64,000 nt of DNA, from the NCBI GenBank assembly GCA_035688265.1, contig DASSNE010000003.1, forward strand, positions 12,890 through 76,889. The letters run 5' to 3'. This document shows, piece after piece, positions 37,474 to 46,951 of the stretch. The stretch's first letter is position 1, and each line of letters opens with the position of its first letter. Below the pieces are notes generated by a model, which saw only the letters and a list, made by a program, of their open reading frames with translations, did not search any database and was not told the origin of the DNA. The position numbers were made by a program, and so were the translations under genes. This stretch comes from Gammaproteobacteria bacterium. GTDB taxonomy: Bacteria > Pseudomonadota > Gammaproteobacteria > Natronospirales > DASSBR01.

Positions 37474-40400
37474 CTAGTCTTCTTCCCCTTGTTGGTATTT
37501 GATCTGCGGCGTGGCGGCAGTCCAGATTTTGGCGGGTGCTGAACCCAGGTTGACCAACTGGACCACGTAGACGCCAGGGACTACTGCCGATGTCTCGAAC
37601 GCGGCCGTGCCGTCGGGCGCGGAGTTCACGGTACCGACGATGCTACCGTGGGGATCGAGTACCAGCAGCTTGAACGGGACGTTGTTCGCCGATTCGGCCA
37701 CTACCGATATGCCGGTGGCGATGCGCGGCACCATCAATTGGGCCGTGCTCGGCTGTCCGGTGGCGACCGTAGCGGTCTGAGCTGTCGTGTCACCGGGCTC
37801 CGTCGCCGGCTGCGCATCGGAACTTGCGCCCGCGATGCGGAACCGGTCCACGTAGGCGGCGCCGGTCACGTTGCGCAGCTCGATCGTGTGGCTGCCCTGC
37901 CCGCTCACGCTGAACTCGGTGGTCGCGCCGAACGCGGGCTGGTGCATTGAGCCGGAGCCGCCGCGATAGCTGATCGTGCGGACGAACTGGCCGTCGATGT
38001 AGACGTCGGCGCTGCCGCCCTTGGTGCTGGTGGCGTAGGCGTACTGGATAGTGCCTTCGCTCGATCCGAGGTCGAACGTCAGGCTCATGCCATGCTGGCC
38101 GCTCTTGGCCGCCAGCAGGTCGAAATGCCCCGCCGTCGCATCGCTGTCCTGCACATTTTGCCAGCCATTGCTGTAGGCGATATGCGAGTCGTTGTCCTCG
38201 AAGGCGGTTCGCGCCGCGATGCCGACAAGGGCCGCGTTTTTGCTCGTCGCGCCATGGGTGTCGGTGACGGTGAGCGTGGCGCGATAGTCGCCGGCGGTCT
38301 TGTAGGTATGCGTCGCGGTCGGCGTCGACGTCGTAACAGGCGTGCTGCCGTCGCCGAAGTCGTAGGTGTAGCTCGCCACCGAGTCGCCGCTGTCGGGATC
38401 ATGGGAGCCCGATGCGTCGAACGTCACGTCGACCGGCGTATTGCCGCCCGTCGGCTCGGCAGTCAACACCGCCAGCGGCGGGTTGTTGGGCGCGCACTGG
38501 TCGTTGCTGCTGACGGTGTAGCTGCCCTGGTAGGCGAGGCCGTCCGGCATCTCGTCGACGGTTTCGCCGAGACCTGTGACCGGTGTGTTCACCGACTGCA
38601 CGACCGCCGCGTTGAAGCCGCCGATCGTGTCACCGGCCTGCAGGCCGAGGTCGGCAATCGGCACGATGATCACGATGACGCCGTTGGCGGCGTCGTAGAA
38701 GCTCGATGGGTCGGCGGGTTTCTCGCTGCCGGCCTGCACAAAGCGTCCATCCGTCGTGCCGCTCGAATTCGGTGAGGCAACGTAAGATTCGAACTGCGGT
38801 GTAGCCGACGTCGTCGAGAGCTGCGGATAGAACATCCGCACACCGTGGATCGTGCCGTCCGGTGTCTTGAACGACACGTACCAGTACGAGCCCGGCAACT
38901 GCAGCGTTTGCCCCGGATCAGTGTTGATCTGGAAGCGCAGCTTGGTGGTGCCGTCCGCCTGGTACGGCTGCGACACCTGCAACGACTTCATGTCGGTGCC
39001 GGCCGTGCCGGTCAGGCTGTCGCCGCTGGCATCGACCAGCAGGGTCGGACCCGGCGCCTTGCACGGATCGGCCGTCCGGCTGACGGTCACCTGCAGGCCC
39101 ACTTCGTTACTGGCCGGGCCGGAGCCTTCGGCATTGGTCGCGACGATCTTGTAGTAGTACGTCGGCACCGTGGCGTCCACGCTCGCATCTTCGTACTGCG
39201 TCTTGTCGCCGCTGACGGTCGCGATCTGCGTCTCGCCGCCGGGGCTCGTGCCGCGGTAGATCGCGTAGGCGGCGATGTCGGAGCCGCCATTGTCCGGGGC
39301 GTTCCAGGTCAGATCGGTTCTGGCCGCGGTGCGCGTGCCCTGGAGATAAGGCTGCGCCGGTGCCGCGGGTTCGACCGGGTCGAACTTCGCCAGCAGCGGC
39401 TTCCCGCCGGTCTGGCGGGCGACACGCTGATAGGCGACAAAGTCGTTCTTGACGCCGCCGCCCTGGATGCAGGTGTCGGTGACGCAGCCGTCGTCGTAAC
39501 CGAACAGCACGTTGCCGTGGTTGTCCATCGTCACTTCGTTGAAGTCCAGCAGGTTGCGGTTCAGATTGCCGCCGCCGCTGTTCCAGATGCCGCCGTGACC
39601 CTGCACCGGGTCGTTCGGCGTCGCGTTGACGGTAGTCCAGGTCTTGCCGCCGTCGTAGGTGGTGGCGATGAACAGGTACCAGTTCCCGGGATAGTCCAGC
39701 GACTCGTGGTTGCCGGCGACGTTGCTGCCGAGGAATCCGCACGCGGCGCGCCCCGGCGAGCCGGCGATGGCCTCCGGGAAGTCGGCCATGATGACGCCGA
39801 CCGGCGCGCCGATGTCCGTATTGTTAACCCAGGTCTGGCCGTGGTCGTGGCTGACGGCCACGTGCACGTGATGCTCCGGGCCCTGCCCGTCGACATAGCA
39901 TTCGTACACGGTATTGGCCTGGTCGATCGCGATCGATGGGTCGGTCGACCCGCCTTCGAACGACTGGCTCCCCGGGATAATGAAATCGGTCCAGGTCAGG
40001 CCGGCATCAAGGCTGACGACGCCGCCCTGACCCGTGCCGCAGAAGGCCGTGGGCACGTAGACCGCGCCATCCGGGCCGACTTTGGCATGGCCGTGCAGAC
40101 CGCTGCAGGCGGTGATGCCGTTGCCGAGGTAAATCGGCACGCCCGGGCCGAAGCTGACGCCGCCGTCGTCGCTGCGCTGGCACATCGCCGGCCCGACGAT
40201 GTCCTGCGAGCAATAGTAAACGGCGTTCGGGTACAGCGGGTTCGGCACCGGGAGCAGACTCGGGTATGGGCCGGAGGCGATGGTCTCGTGATCCGCCCCG
40301 CCATTGGGCGGCGACGCGGAAGCCTGGATCCAGCTCGCACCGTCGTCGTCGCTGTAGGCGAACAGCACATTGGCGCCGGTGGTGAGATTGGATATGAACG

Positions 40401-41232
40401 TGCGCCCGGTGGTCTGATCGGTGATCAGGATCGGATCCAGCGTCGTCAGACTGCTGATCGAAGGCGACACATCGGTCCAGGTGGCCGGTCCGGACTTCGG
40501 TAGCGGCGGAATGCGCTTCTCCGGCGGCGTGACCCGAAAGACCGGGCCGTCGGAATTGGTCATGATGATGCCGGTCTTCGGGTCGAAGCCGATATTGAAT
40601 TCGCCGGAGGCGGCGTTGGCGGACGAATGCGCGCCCGGTGCGAAAACCTGGTAGCGCGGCACGCCCGGCGCGATCGGCGTCGCCTGTCCGAAGCTGGTAC
40701 TGCTGCCGCCGCTGGTGGCGCCGGCGACCAGGTCGATCTTGACGTGCACCGTTTCGCCGGTCGGGGTGTACGGCACGACCTTGACGGTAAATGTCTTGGT
40801 GCCGTTGAAGGCGCGCAGCGTGGTCACTTCCGGATCGGCTTGGCTGGCCGATTGCGTCTTCGCCTGCTCCGAGCCGTTGGTCGTGGTCACGTTGCCGGCA
40901 TAGACGTACAGGTCATAGTCCGAATTACCGGTGCCCGCGTCGGTCCAGCTCAGGCTGAAGCGAATCAATTCGCCGGGATGGGTGCTGGTGTAGTCATCCG
41001 GCAGCGACACGGTCAGCGCGAAATTATCGCAAGGCTCCACCGGACTGTTGCATCGCGGGCCGACGTCGACTTCCGGGAGCGGTGTCGGGTTGGCGATACT
41101 GAAAGGCCCGGCCGTGTAAGTGACCGGGCCCGAGGTGGCGGTGAGCGTGCCGCTGGCAGGTGTCGCGGCGTATGCGGCCCCCCCTGCCGCCAGCGCGATT
41201 CCGAGCAGCAAAAAAGACATCCGATGTCGCAT
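37474..41232 (-). CDS. Large secreted multidomain protein: signal peptide, PPC-like module, BNR/Asp-box beta-propeller, FN3, PKD, C-terminal beta-sandwich modules
   Basis: 1252 aa with Shine-Dalgarno gggagg. The signal peptide is MRHRMSFLLLGIALAAGGAAYA. Five Asp-boxes are present (SDDDGASW, SDDGGVSF, SLDAGLTW, SHDHGQTW, TYDGGKTW). The FN3-like stretch reads ..LTWNAPDNGGSDIAAYAIYRG..YYYKIVATNAEGSGP. The PKD-like stretch reads ..VTFDASGSHDPDSGDSVASYTYDFGDGS..HTYKTAGDYRATLTVTD. Confidence 0.8.
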   Translation of the reverse strand: MRHRMSFLLLGIALAAGGAAYAATPASGTLTATSGPVTYTAGPFSIANPTPLPEVDVGPRCNSPVEPCDNFALTVSLPDDYTSTHPGELIRFSLSWTDAGTGNSDYDLYVYAGNVTTTNGSEQAKTQSASQADPEVTTLRAFNGTKTFTVKVVPYTPTGETVHVKIDLVAGATSGGSSTSFGQATPIAPGVPRYQVFAPGAHSSANAASGEFNIGFDPKTGIIMTNSDGPVFRVTPPEKRIPPLPKSGPATWTDVSPSISSLTTLDPILITDQTTGRTFISNLTTGANVLFAYSDDDGASWIQASASPPNGGADHETIASGPYPSLLPVPNPLYPNAVYYCSQDIVGPAMCQRSDDGGVSFGPGVPIYLGNGITACSGLHGHAKVGPDGAVYVPTAFCGTGQGGVVSLDAGLTWTDFIIPGSQSFEGGSTDPSIAIDQANTVYECYVDGQGPEHHVHVAVSHDHGQTWVNNTDIGAPVGVIMADFPEAIAGSPGRAACGFLGSNVAGNHESLDYPGNWYLFIATTYDGGKTWTTVNATPNDPVQGHGGIWNSGGGNLNRNLLDFNEVTMDNHGNVLFGYDDGCVTDTCIQGGGVKNDFVAYQRVARQTGGKPLLAKFDPVEPAAPAQPYLQGTRTAARTDLTWNAPDNGGSDIAAYAIYRGTSPGGETQIATVSGDKTQYEDASVDATVPTYYYKIVATNAEGSGPASNEVGLQVTVSRTADPCKAPGPTLLVDASGDSLTGTAGTDMKSLQVSQPYQADGTTKLRFQINTDPGQTLQLPGSYWYVSFKTPDGTIHGVRMFYPQLSTTSATPQFESYVASPNSSGTTDGRFVQAGSEKPADPSSFYDAANGVIVIIVPIADLGLQAGDTIGGFNAAVVQSVNTPVTGLGETVDEMPDGLAYQGSYTVSSNDQCAPNNPPLAVLTAEPTGGNTPVDVTFDASGSHDPDSGDSVASYTYDFGDGSTPVTTSTPTATHTYKTAGDYRATLTVTDTHGATSKNAALVGIAARTAFEDNDSHIAYSNGWQNVQDSDATAGHFDLLAAKSGQHGMSLTFDLGSSEGTIQYAYATSTKGGSADVYIDGQFVRTISYRGGSGSMHQPAFGATTEFSVSGQGSHTIELRNVTGAAYVDRFRIAGASSDAQPATEPGDTTAQTATVATGQPSTAQLMVPRIATGISVVAESANNVPFKLLVLDPHGSIVGTVNSAPDGTAAFETSAVVPGVYVVQLVNLGSAPAKIWTAATPQIKYQQGEED

Positions 41233-41270
41233 AAAGCCTCCCGAGCCGTTCCAGGGCTGGTTATGTTTGG

Positions 41271-41282
41271 TAGTGGTACTAC
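41271..41282. promoter_or_regulatory. Operator-like half-palindrome TAGTGGTACTAC (site 1)
   Basis: Its 12-mer core is identical to that of the palindrome at 41382-41397. It lies about 40 nt upstream of the start of the 1252-aa gene. Confidence 0.4.
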
Positions 41283-41381
41283 GACTTCTAAAACTACCGG
41301 CGTGAGCGACAGCGGGTCAATCAGGTGGTTCCCTAGGATTCCGTGATACAGCGCACAGATTGGGATATTGCTTTAGCCAAG

Positions 41382-41397
41382 ATAGTGGTACTACTAT
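41382..41397. promoter_or_regulatory. 16-bp near-perfect palindrome ATAGTGGTACTACTAT (site 2), candidate TetR operator overlapping a -10-like TACTAT
   Basis: 7 of 8 pairs are complementary. It ends 6 nt before the tetR ATG. Confidence 0.45.
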
Positions 41398-41403
41398 CAG
41401 CGC

Positions 41404-42033
41404 ATGGATACGTCTCATGCTCCCAGCCGGGCCCGGCTGTTGCGGGCCGGCAAGACACTGATGGCGGAGGTGGGCTATGAGCACGCGGCGACGGCCGCGA
41501 TTGCCCGCCGCGCGGCGACCTCCGAATCGCAACTGGTGCGTTATTTCGGCGGCAAGGCCGGCCTGTTGGAGGCTGTATTTGACGACGGCTGGCAGCAGAT
41601 CAACGCCCGGATCAACGGGCTGATTGAACCCGAACAGGATACGCGTACTGCGCTCACCGCGGTTCTCGGCATGTTCATTGCCGCGATGGATGACGACCCC
41701 GATCTCGCCCAGCTGTTTCTCTTCGAAGCCCGGCGGCCGCGTGGAGCGCACGGCGAACTCCATCTGTCGGACGGCTTTCTCGGTTTTCTCGATCGCATGC
41801 ACCAGCTGATCCGCCGGGGCCAGCGCGACGGCACGCTGGCCCCGGCGTTCAGGTCCGAAGTCCTGTTATCCGCGTTGCTGGGCGCGGCCGAAGCGATGGT
41901 GCGCGACCGCCTGCTCGGCAGCCGCCGCGGCGAACGGACGCGGCGCTCCGGCAGCGAAGTCCAGCGCGTGTTCGAGGCGATGCTGACGGGCTTCGCACCG
42001 GCGACCCAATCGGGTATCCTGTCGCACAGCTGA
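41404..42033 (+). CDS. TetR/AcrR-family transcriptional regulator
   Basis: 209 aa with ..RARLLRAGKTLMAEVGYEHAATAAIARRAATSESQLVRYFGGKAGLLEAVF (HTH). Confidence 0.85.
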   Translation: MDTSHAPSRARLLRAGKTLMAEVGYEHAATAAIARRAATSESQLVRYFGGKAGLLEAVFDDGWQQINARINGLIEPEQDTRTALTAVLGMFIAAMDDDPDLAQLFLFEARRPRGAHGELHLSDGFLGFLDRMHQLIRRGQRDGTLAPAFRSEVLLSALLGAAEAMVRDRLLGSRRGERTRRSGSEVQRVFEAMLTGFAPATQSGILSHS

Positions 42034-42129
42034 TCTGCGGCAAGGGATACCGCCACAGGGATTTCGCTAGTAGTTCAGCGGGTATCGGTATGTTTAACTG
42101 AATATCCGCTTCGAGCTTCGAACAGGGAT

Positions 42130-43230
42130 GTGAAGAGCCGACCTATGCGAGCAGCGACTGTCTGCCGGTTAACATTGTCTGCGGCGATCGGGATCGCCGC
42201 GGCCGGCGCCGCTTTCGCCGGCGGCATGCCCCCCGGAAGGAGCCTGGAACCCGCCGCGAAACCCGCGGAGCCCCCCATGACCGAGGCGGTCCGACCGGTT
42301 TCCGCCCTCGCCAACGTACCGGTTCGCATCGCCGGGCGCATTCACCACACACTGTACCAGGCCGCCCGCGAGGCGGGCCTCAGCAAATCGATGACGCGGG
42401 CACTGATCGGGCTGTTTGCGCGCCAGGTCGACTATCGCCAGGATATCCATGCCGGCGACCGCTTCGTGGTCGTCTACCAGCCGACGGAAGCGGACCCCAC
42501 GATCGCCGCGGCGGAACTCGATCTCAACGACACGACCCTGCGCGCATTCCGCTACACCGACGGCGACGGCAATCCCGCCTATTACACGCTACACGGGAAG
42601 CCGCTCAAGCCAACGCTGCTGCGCACTCCGCTCGACTACACCCGCGTCAGCTCGCCGTTCTCGCTGCGCCGCCTGAACCCGGTGCTGCATATCTACCGGC
42701 CGCACTACGGGGTCGATCTGGCGGCGCCGGCAGGTACGCCGATTCACGCCGCCGGCCCGGGGCGGGTGACATTTCGCGGCCGCGACGGCGGTTACGGCAA
42801 CCTGATCATCATCGACAATCCGGGGCCGTATTCGACGCGCTACGGGCACATGTCGCGCTTCGCGAAGGGCATTCACGTCGGCAGCCACGTGAAACAGGGG
42901 GAAGTGATCGGCTACGTCGGCTCGACCGGGCTTGCGACCGGGCCGCACCTGCACTTCGAGATTCGTGTCAACGGCAAGCCGGAGCCGCCGCTCAAGGTGC
43001 CGCTGCCGCGCGAGGCGCTGAGCGAAGCGCAGTTGATGGCCTACGAAAACGAGATCACGCCGCTGCTCGAAGATCTCGACCCGACGCCGCTCCGCCCCAC
43101 CGGCGGCGCCGTGGCGGATAACGATCCGCCCGCGGCCCTGCCGGCCTTCCTGCCCTCGGACGGCAAGCCTGCGCCATTGTGCGTGGTGCAGCCGCCCAGC
43201 GACACGATCCTCGCGCTGCTGGGCGAATAG
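42130..43230 (+). CDS. M23-family peptidoglycan metalloendopeptidase
   Basis: ..HYGVDLAAPAGTPIHAAGPGRV..GYGNLIIIDN..GSTGLATGPHLHFEIRVNG. The start is either GTG 42130 or ATG 42145. Confidence 0.85.
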   Translation: MKSRPMRAATVCRLTLSAAIGIAAAGAAFAGGMPPGRSLEPAAKPAEPPMTEAVRPVSALANVPVRIAGRIHHTLYQAAREAGLSKSMTRALIGLFARQVDYRQDIHAGDRFVVVYQPTEADPTIAAAELDLNDTTLRAFRYTDGDGNPAYYTLHGKPLKPTLLRTPLDYTRVSSPFSLRRLNPVLHIYRPHYGVDLAAPAGTPIHAAGPGRVTFRGRDGGYGNLIIIDNPGPYSTRYGHMSRFAKGIHVGSHVKQGEVIGYVGSTGLATGPHLHFEIRVNGKPEPPLKVPLPREALSEAQLMAYENEITPLLEDLDPTPLRPTGGAVADNDPPAALPAFLPSDGKPAPLCVVQPPSDTILALLGE

Positions 43231-43233
43231 CCC

Positions 43234-45225
43234 CTACTTCACCGTAAACGTATCGTTGCTCCGGTCGCCGTCCGGAATGACGTGATCGGGATCGATGGTC
43301 GCTGATTTCACCCGCTTGTCGCCGGGCACCGTGACCTCGAACTGGTGGTGGCGCTGCCAGGTTTCCACCGGCACCCGCACACGCCGCGTGCTGCCGTCGA
43401 CATAGGTCACCTGCAGCGTCGCCGGCATCACCAGCTTGTCGAGATTCGCGACCGTGACCAGCGCGCCCTGGGCCGGGTCGTTGTCGACGTATTTCACGCC
43501 TTCAACCGCCATGTCGAGCTGCCAGTTGTTTGCAAACCAGCCGCGCCAGAACCACGACAACTCCTCGCCGCCGGCGCTCGACATCGCGCGGAAGAAATCC
43601 GACGGCGACGGGTGCTTGAATGCCCAGGCCTGCGCGTACTGGCGGAACGCGGTATCGAAACGTTGCGGCCCGAGAATCTGGTCGCGCAGCAGCATCAGGC
43701 CGAGCGCCGTCTTGAAGTAAGTCACCGGGTGCCGGTACTTCTCCTTGAGCACGTCCGGGAACATCATGATCGGCGGCGCATTCGGGTCCTTCAGCACCGA
43801 CTGGATTTCGTCGACCGGGTTGCCGCCGCCGGGCGCGTATTCGCTGTCGCGCTTGGGCGCGAATTCGCCGTGGTTGTAGGCATGCGCGGCGAGCACGTCG
43901 ACGAACGTGTTGAAGCCCTCATCCATCCACGCGTCGCGGCGCTCGTTGGAGCCGACGATCATCGGGAACCAGGCGTGGCCGACTTCATGCGTCGTCAGGC
44001 CGAACAGGCCCTTGCCGCCGGTCTTCCACCAGTCGAACACGATGCCCGGATATTCCATGCCGCCGGCGATGCCGGCCTCGGCAATCTCGCTCGGCCACGG
44101 AAATTCCACGCCGGTGTACTTCGAGAAGAATTCGACCGTCGCCTTGACGAACTGCGTCGAGCGGTCCCAGCCGCCATCCTTGAGGCTTTCAACCGGGTAC
44201 GCCGACTCGGCGAGTGCATGCCTGCCGCTCGGCAGGTTGATGCGGGCGGCGTCCCAGACGTAGGCGGTCGACGCGCCGAAGGCGACGTCGCGCGTGTTGT
44301 TCATGTGGAAGTGCCAGGTCAGCGTGCCGCTGTGCGTCGGCCGGCTGGCCGGATCGTTGACTTCGGCCGGCGTGCGGATCAGCACCGTCTTGTCGCTGTG
44401 ATGCGCCTTCTCAAGCCGCTCGCGCTCGGTCTTCGTCAGCACCTCGTCCGGGTTCATCAGCTTGCCCGAACCGACGACGATCATGTTCCACGGCACGGTC
44501 ACGCTGTAATCGATATCGCCGTATTCGAGGTAAAACTCGTTGTTGGTGAACGGCAGCGTGTTCCAGCCGCGCAGGTCGTCGAAGACGCACAGGCGCGGAT
44601 ACCACTGGGCGATTTCGTACACGTCGCCGTTTTTGGTGTGATACCAGTCGGTGCGGCCGCCGAACTTGCCGGGGATCGTGTAGCTGTAAACGATTCGGAC
44701 CTGCACCTGGCCATGCTTTGGCGCAAGCGGTTGCGGCAAATCGATGCGCATGCGCGTGTCGGAAACGATGAAATGCGCCGGCTTGAAGTGGCCGTCGCTG
44801 GCGACTTCGACAGATTTGATGCGGTAGCCGTCGGTGTGCGCCGATTGCGGCGGCTCGTGATCGGCATCGTGCGTGAAGTTGGCGCGGGCGTCGGTGCGAT
44901 AGCGGTTCTGGTCGAGTTGCAGCCACAGCAGGTGCAGCGTGTCGGGGCTGTGGTTGGTGTAGGTGATGGTCTCGCGGCCGCTCAGCGTTTTGTTCGCCGG
45001 GTCGAGCGTAGCGTGAATTTTGTAGTCGACGCGATTCTGCCAGTAGGCCGGCCCCGGCGTGCCGTTGGCCGAGCGGTACTGGTTGACCGGCTGCGGGTAA
45101 TCGAACGGCGCGAAAGTCTGCAACGGATCGTAGTTGGAGCCGAATGACGCGGGGGCTGCGATGGCGGCATTCATGAAGGCGGCCGCGCCGAGCGCGACCA
45201 GCGTGGATAACAGCAGCTTGGGCAT
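43234..45225 (-). CDS. Secreted M1-family (aminopeptidase N-like) zinc metallopeptidase
   Basis: 663 aa with a signal peptide (MPKLLLSTLVALGAAAFMNAAIA) and HEVGHAWFPMIVGSNERRDAWMDEGFNTF (HExxH..E). Confidence 0.85.
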   Translation of the reverse strand: MPKLLLSTLVALGAAAFMNAAIAAPASFGSNYDPLQTFAPFDYPQPVNQYRSANGTPGPAYWQNRVDYKIHATLDPANKTLSGRETITYTNHSPDTLHLLWLQLDQNRYRTDARANFTHDADHEPPQSAHTDGYRIKSVEVASDGHFKPAHFIVSDTRMRIDLPQPLAPKHGQVQVRIVYSYTIPGKFGGRTDWYHTKNGDVYEIAQWYPRLCVFDDLRGWNTLPFTNNEFYLEYGDIDYSVTVPWNMIVVGSGKLMNPDEVLTKTERERLEKAHHSDKTVLIRTPAEVNDPASRPTHSGTLTWHFHMNNTRDVAFGASTAYVWDAARINLPSGRHALAESAYPVESLKDGGWDRSTQFVKATVEFFSKYTGVEFPWPSEIAEAGIAGGMEYPGIVFDWWKTGGKGLFGLTTHEVGHAWFPMIVGSNERRDAWMDEGFNTFVDVLAAHAYNHGEFAPKRDSEYAPGGGNPVDEIQSVLKDPNAPPIMMFPDVLKEKYRHPVTYFKTALGLMLLRDQILGPQRFDTAFRQYAQAWAFKHPSPSDFFRAMSSAGGEELSWFWRGWFANNWQLDMAVEGVKYVDNDPAQGALVTVANLDKLVMPATLQVTYVDGSTRRVRVPVETWQRHHQFEVTVPGDKRVKSATIDPDHVIPDGDRSNDTFTVK

Positions 45226-45361
45226 GGATGCTCCCGCTTATTGGATTTTAACGAAGCATCCATGCTTAATGGTTTAAGGACACTTTTAACCGACCGATAG
45301 TTCCAGCAAAGCGCTCTGAATCGGCGTCAACCCTTCGCCGGCGTGAGCGCAGGCGCACGCT

Positions 45362-45452
45362 GCGGTAGGTATTGCCGGGGCTGTGTGAGGCAGGATGCCG
45401 AACCCAGAGCCTGCAGGGACGTATTTACGGCGTCCCCGGAAATGCCTACCGC
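45362..45452. repeat. Long imperfect hairpin (19-nt arms) enclosing a GGGACG..CGTCCC mini-hairpin
   Basis: gcggtaggtattgccgggg ... ccccggaaatgcctaccgc, with 17/19 pairs. The inner 20-mer is shared with 21432-21454. Confidence 0.7.
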
Positions 45453-45488
45453 GGCGGGTGCCGAAAACGAAGCACTTGCAGCCGTAAT

Positions 45489-46919
45489 TTACGAAGTGCC
45501 GCCGACGGTCAGGCTGTCGACCTTCAGCGTGGGCTGACCGACGCCGACCGGGACGCTCTGCCCGTCCTTGCCGCAGGTGCCGATGCCTTCATCGAGCTTG
45601 AGGTCATTGCCGACCATGCTGACGCGGGTCAGCACATCCGGACCGTTGCCGATCAGGGTCGCGCCCTTGACCGGGCGAGTGAGCTTGCCGTTTTCGATCA
45701 GGTAGGCTTCGCTCGCCGAGAAGACGAACTTGCCCGAGGTGATGTCGACCTGGCCGCCGCCGAAGTTGGCCGCGTAGAGCCCTTTGCCGACCGAGGCGAT
45801 GATTTCGGCCGGGTCGTGCGGCCCCGGGCGCATGTAGGTGTTGGTCATGCGCGGCATCGGCAGGTGGGCGAACGATTCGCGCCGGCCGTTGCCGGTGGGG
45901 CGCATGTTCATCAGCCGCGCGTTCATCCTGTCCTGCATGTAGCCCTTGAGGATGCCGTTTTCGATCAGCACGGTGCATTCGGCGGGCGTGCCTTCATCGT
46001 CGATGCTGAGCGAACCGCGGCGATCGACGATGGTGCCGTCGTCGACCACCGTGCACAGTTCGCTGGCGACGCGCTCGCCGAGCCGGCCGGCGAACGCGGA
46101 CGTGCCCTTGCGGTTGAAGTCGCCTTCGAGGCCGTGGCCGATGGCTTCGTGCAGCAGCACGCCGGGCCAGCCGGGGCCGAGTACCACCGGCATGGTGCCG
46201 GCCGGCGCGGGCTCCGCTTCGAGGTTGATCAGCGCGCTGCGCACCGCCTCGCGGCCCAGTTCCAGTGCGCGGTCTTCATCGATGAAATACTGGTAGCCGA
46301 AGCGCCCGCCGCCGCCGGCATAGCCCTGCTCGCGGCGGCCGTTTTCTTCGGCGATCACGGCGACGCTGAAGCGCACCAGCGGCCGCACGTCGCCCGCCAA
46401 CGTGCCGTCGCTGCCGGCAATCATGATCGTGTCGTGAACCGCGCCCAGATTGACCATCACCTGCTTGACGCGCGGGTCCATGCGCCTGAGTTCCGCGTCG
46501 ATACGCTGCAGCAGCGCGACCTTGTCGCTGTCGGCCAGCGTCGACAACGGATCGACCGGCGCGTAAAGTTGCGGCGCGTTGTGGGCATGCCAGGCCTGCA
46601 GCTTGCCCTCGCCGCCGCTGCGCGCAATCGCGCGCGCCATGTCCGACGCCTGCGTCAGCGCCGGCAGGAGAATTTCGTCCGAGTAGGCGAAGCCGGTTTT
46701 GTCGCCACTCATCGCGCGCACGCCGACGCCCTGGTCGATGCTGTGCGTGCCTTCCTTGACGATGCCGTCCTCGAGCGCCCAGGATTCACGGCGGCTGAGC
46801 TGAAAGTACAGGTCGGCGTTGTCGATGCGCGCGCCCATGGCGCGGCCTAGCACGCCGGCAAGCTGGCTTTCGTCGAGGCCCGACGGCGTGAGGATGGTTT
46901 GTTTGGCGAGATCGAGTGA
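45489..46919 (-). CDS. tldD: Metalloprotease TldD
   Basis: An internal ATG gives [43 protein letters not shown].. The rest of ORF 45489..48113 is an over-extension into yhdP. Confidence 0.9.
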   Translation of the reverse strand, partial: SLDLAKQTILTPSGLDESQLAGVLGRAMGARIDNADLYFQLSRRESWALEDGIVKEGTHSIDQGVGVRAMSGDKTGFAYSDEILLPALTQASDMARAIARSGGEGKLQAWHAHNAPQLYAPVDPLSTLADSDKVALLQRIDAELRRMDPRVKQVMVNLGAVHDTIMIAGSDGTLAGDVRPLVRFSVAVIAEENGRREQGYAGGGGRFGYQYFIDEDRALELGREAVRSALINLEAEPAPAGTMPVVLGPGWPGVLLHEAIGHGLEGDFNRKGTSAFAGRLGERVASELCTVVDDGTIVDRRGSLSIDDEGTPAECTVLIENGILKGYMQDRMNARLMNMRPTGNGRRESFAHLPMPRMTNTYMRPGPHDPAEIIASVGKGLYAANFGGGQVDITSGKFVFSASEAYLIENGKLTRPVKGATLIGNGPDVLTRVSMVGNDLKLDEGIGTCGKDGQSVPVGVGQPTLKVDSLTVGGTS

Positions 46920-46951
46920 GTTGCTCATATCACCATCATACCAAAGGACAC

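Noticed and set aside
38845-40503. Long antisense ORFs inside large genes. Examples: 38845..40503, 8809..10143, 8867..10141, 13945..15501, 15826..17442, 17548..18855, 26679..28109, 43345..45147, 47450..49627, 50459..51985, 57832..59187, 59150..60940, 60913..63351
   Set aside because: All lie opposite or out of frame to genes with clear family signatures. All are Arg/Ala/Gly/Pro/His-rich, and none shows a motif I recognise. I treated them as GC-driven open frames.
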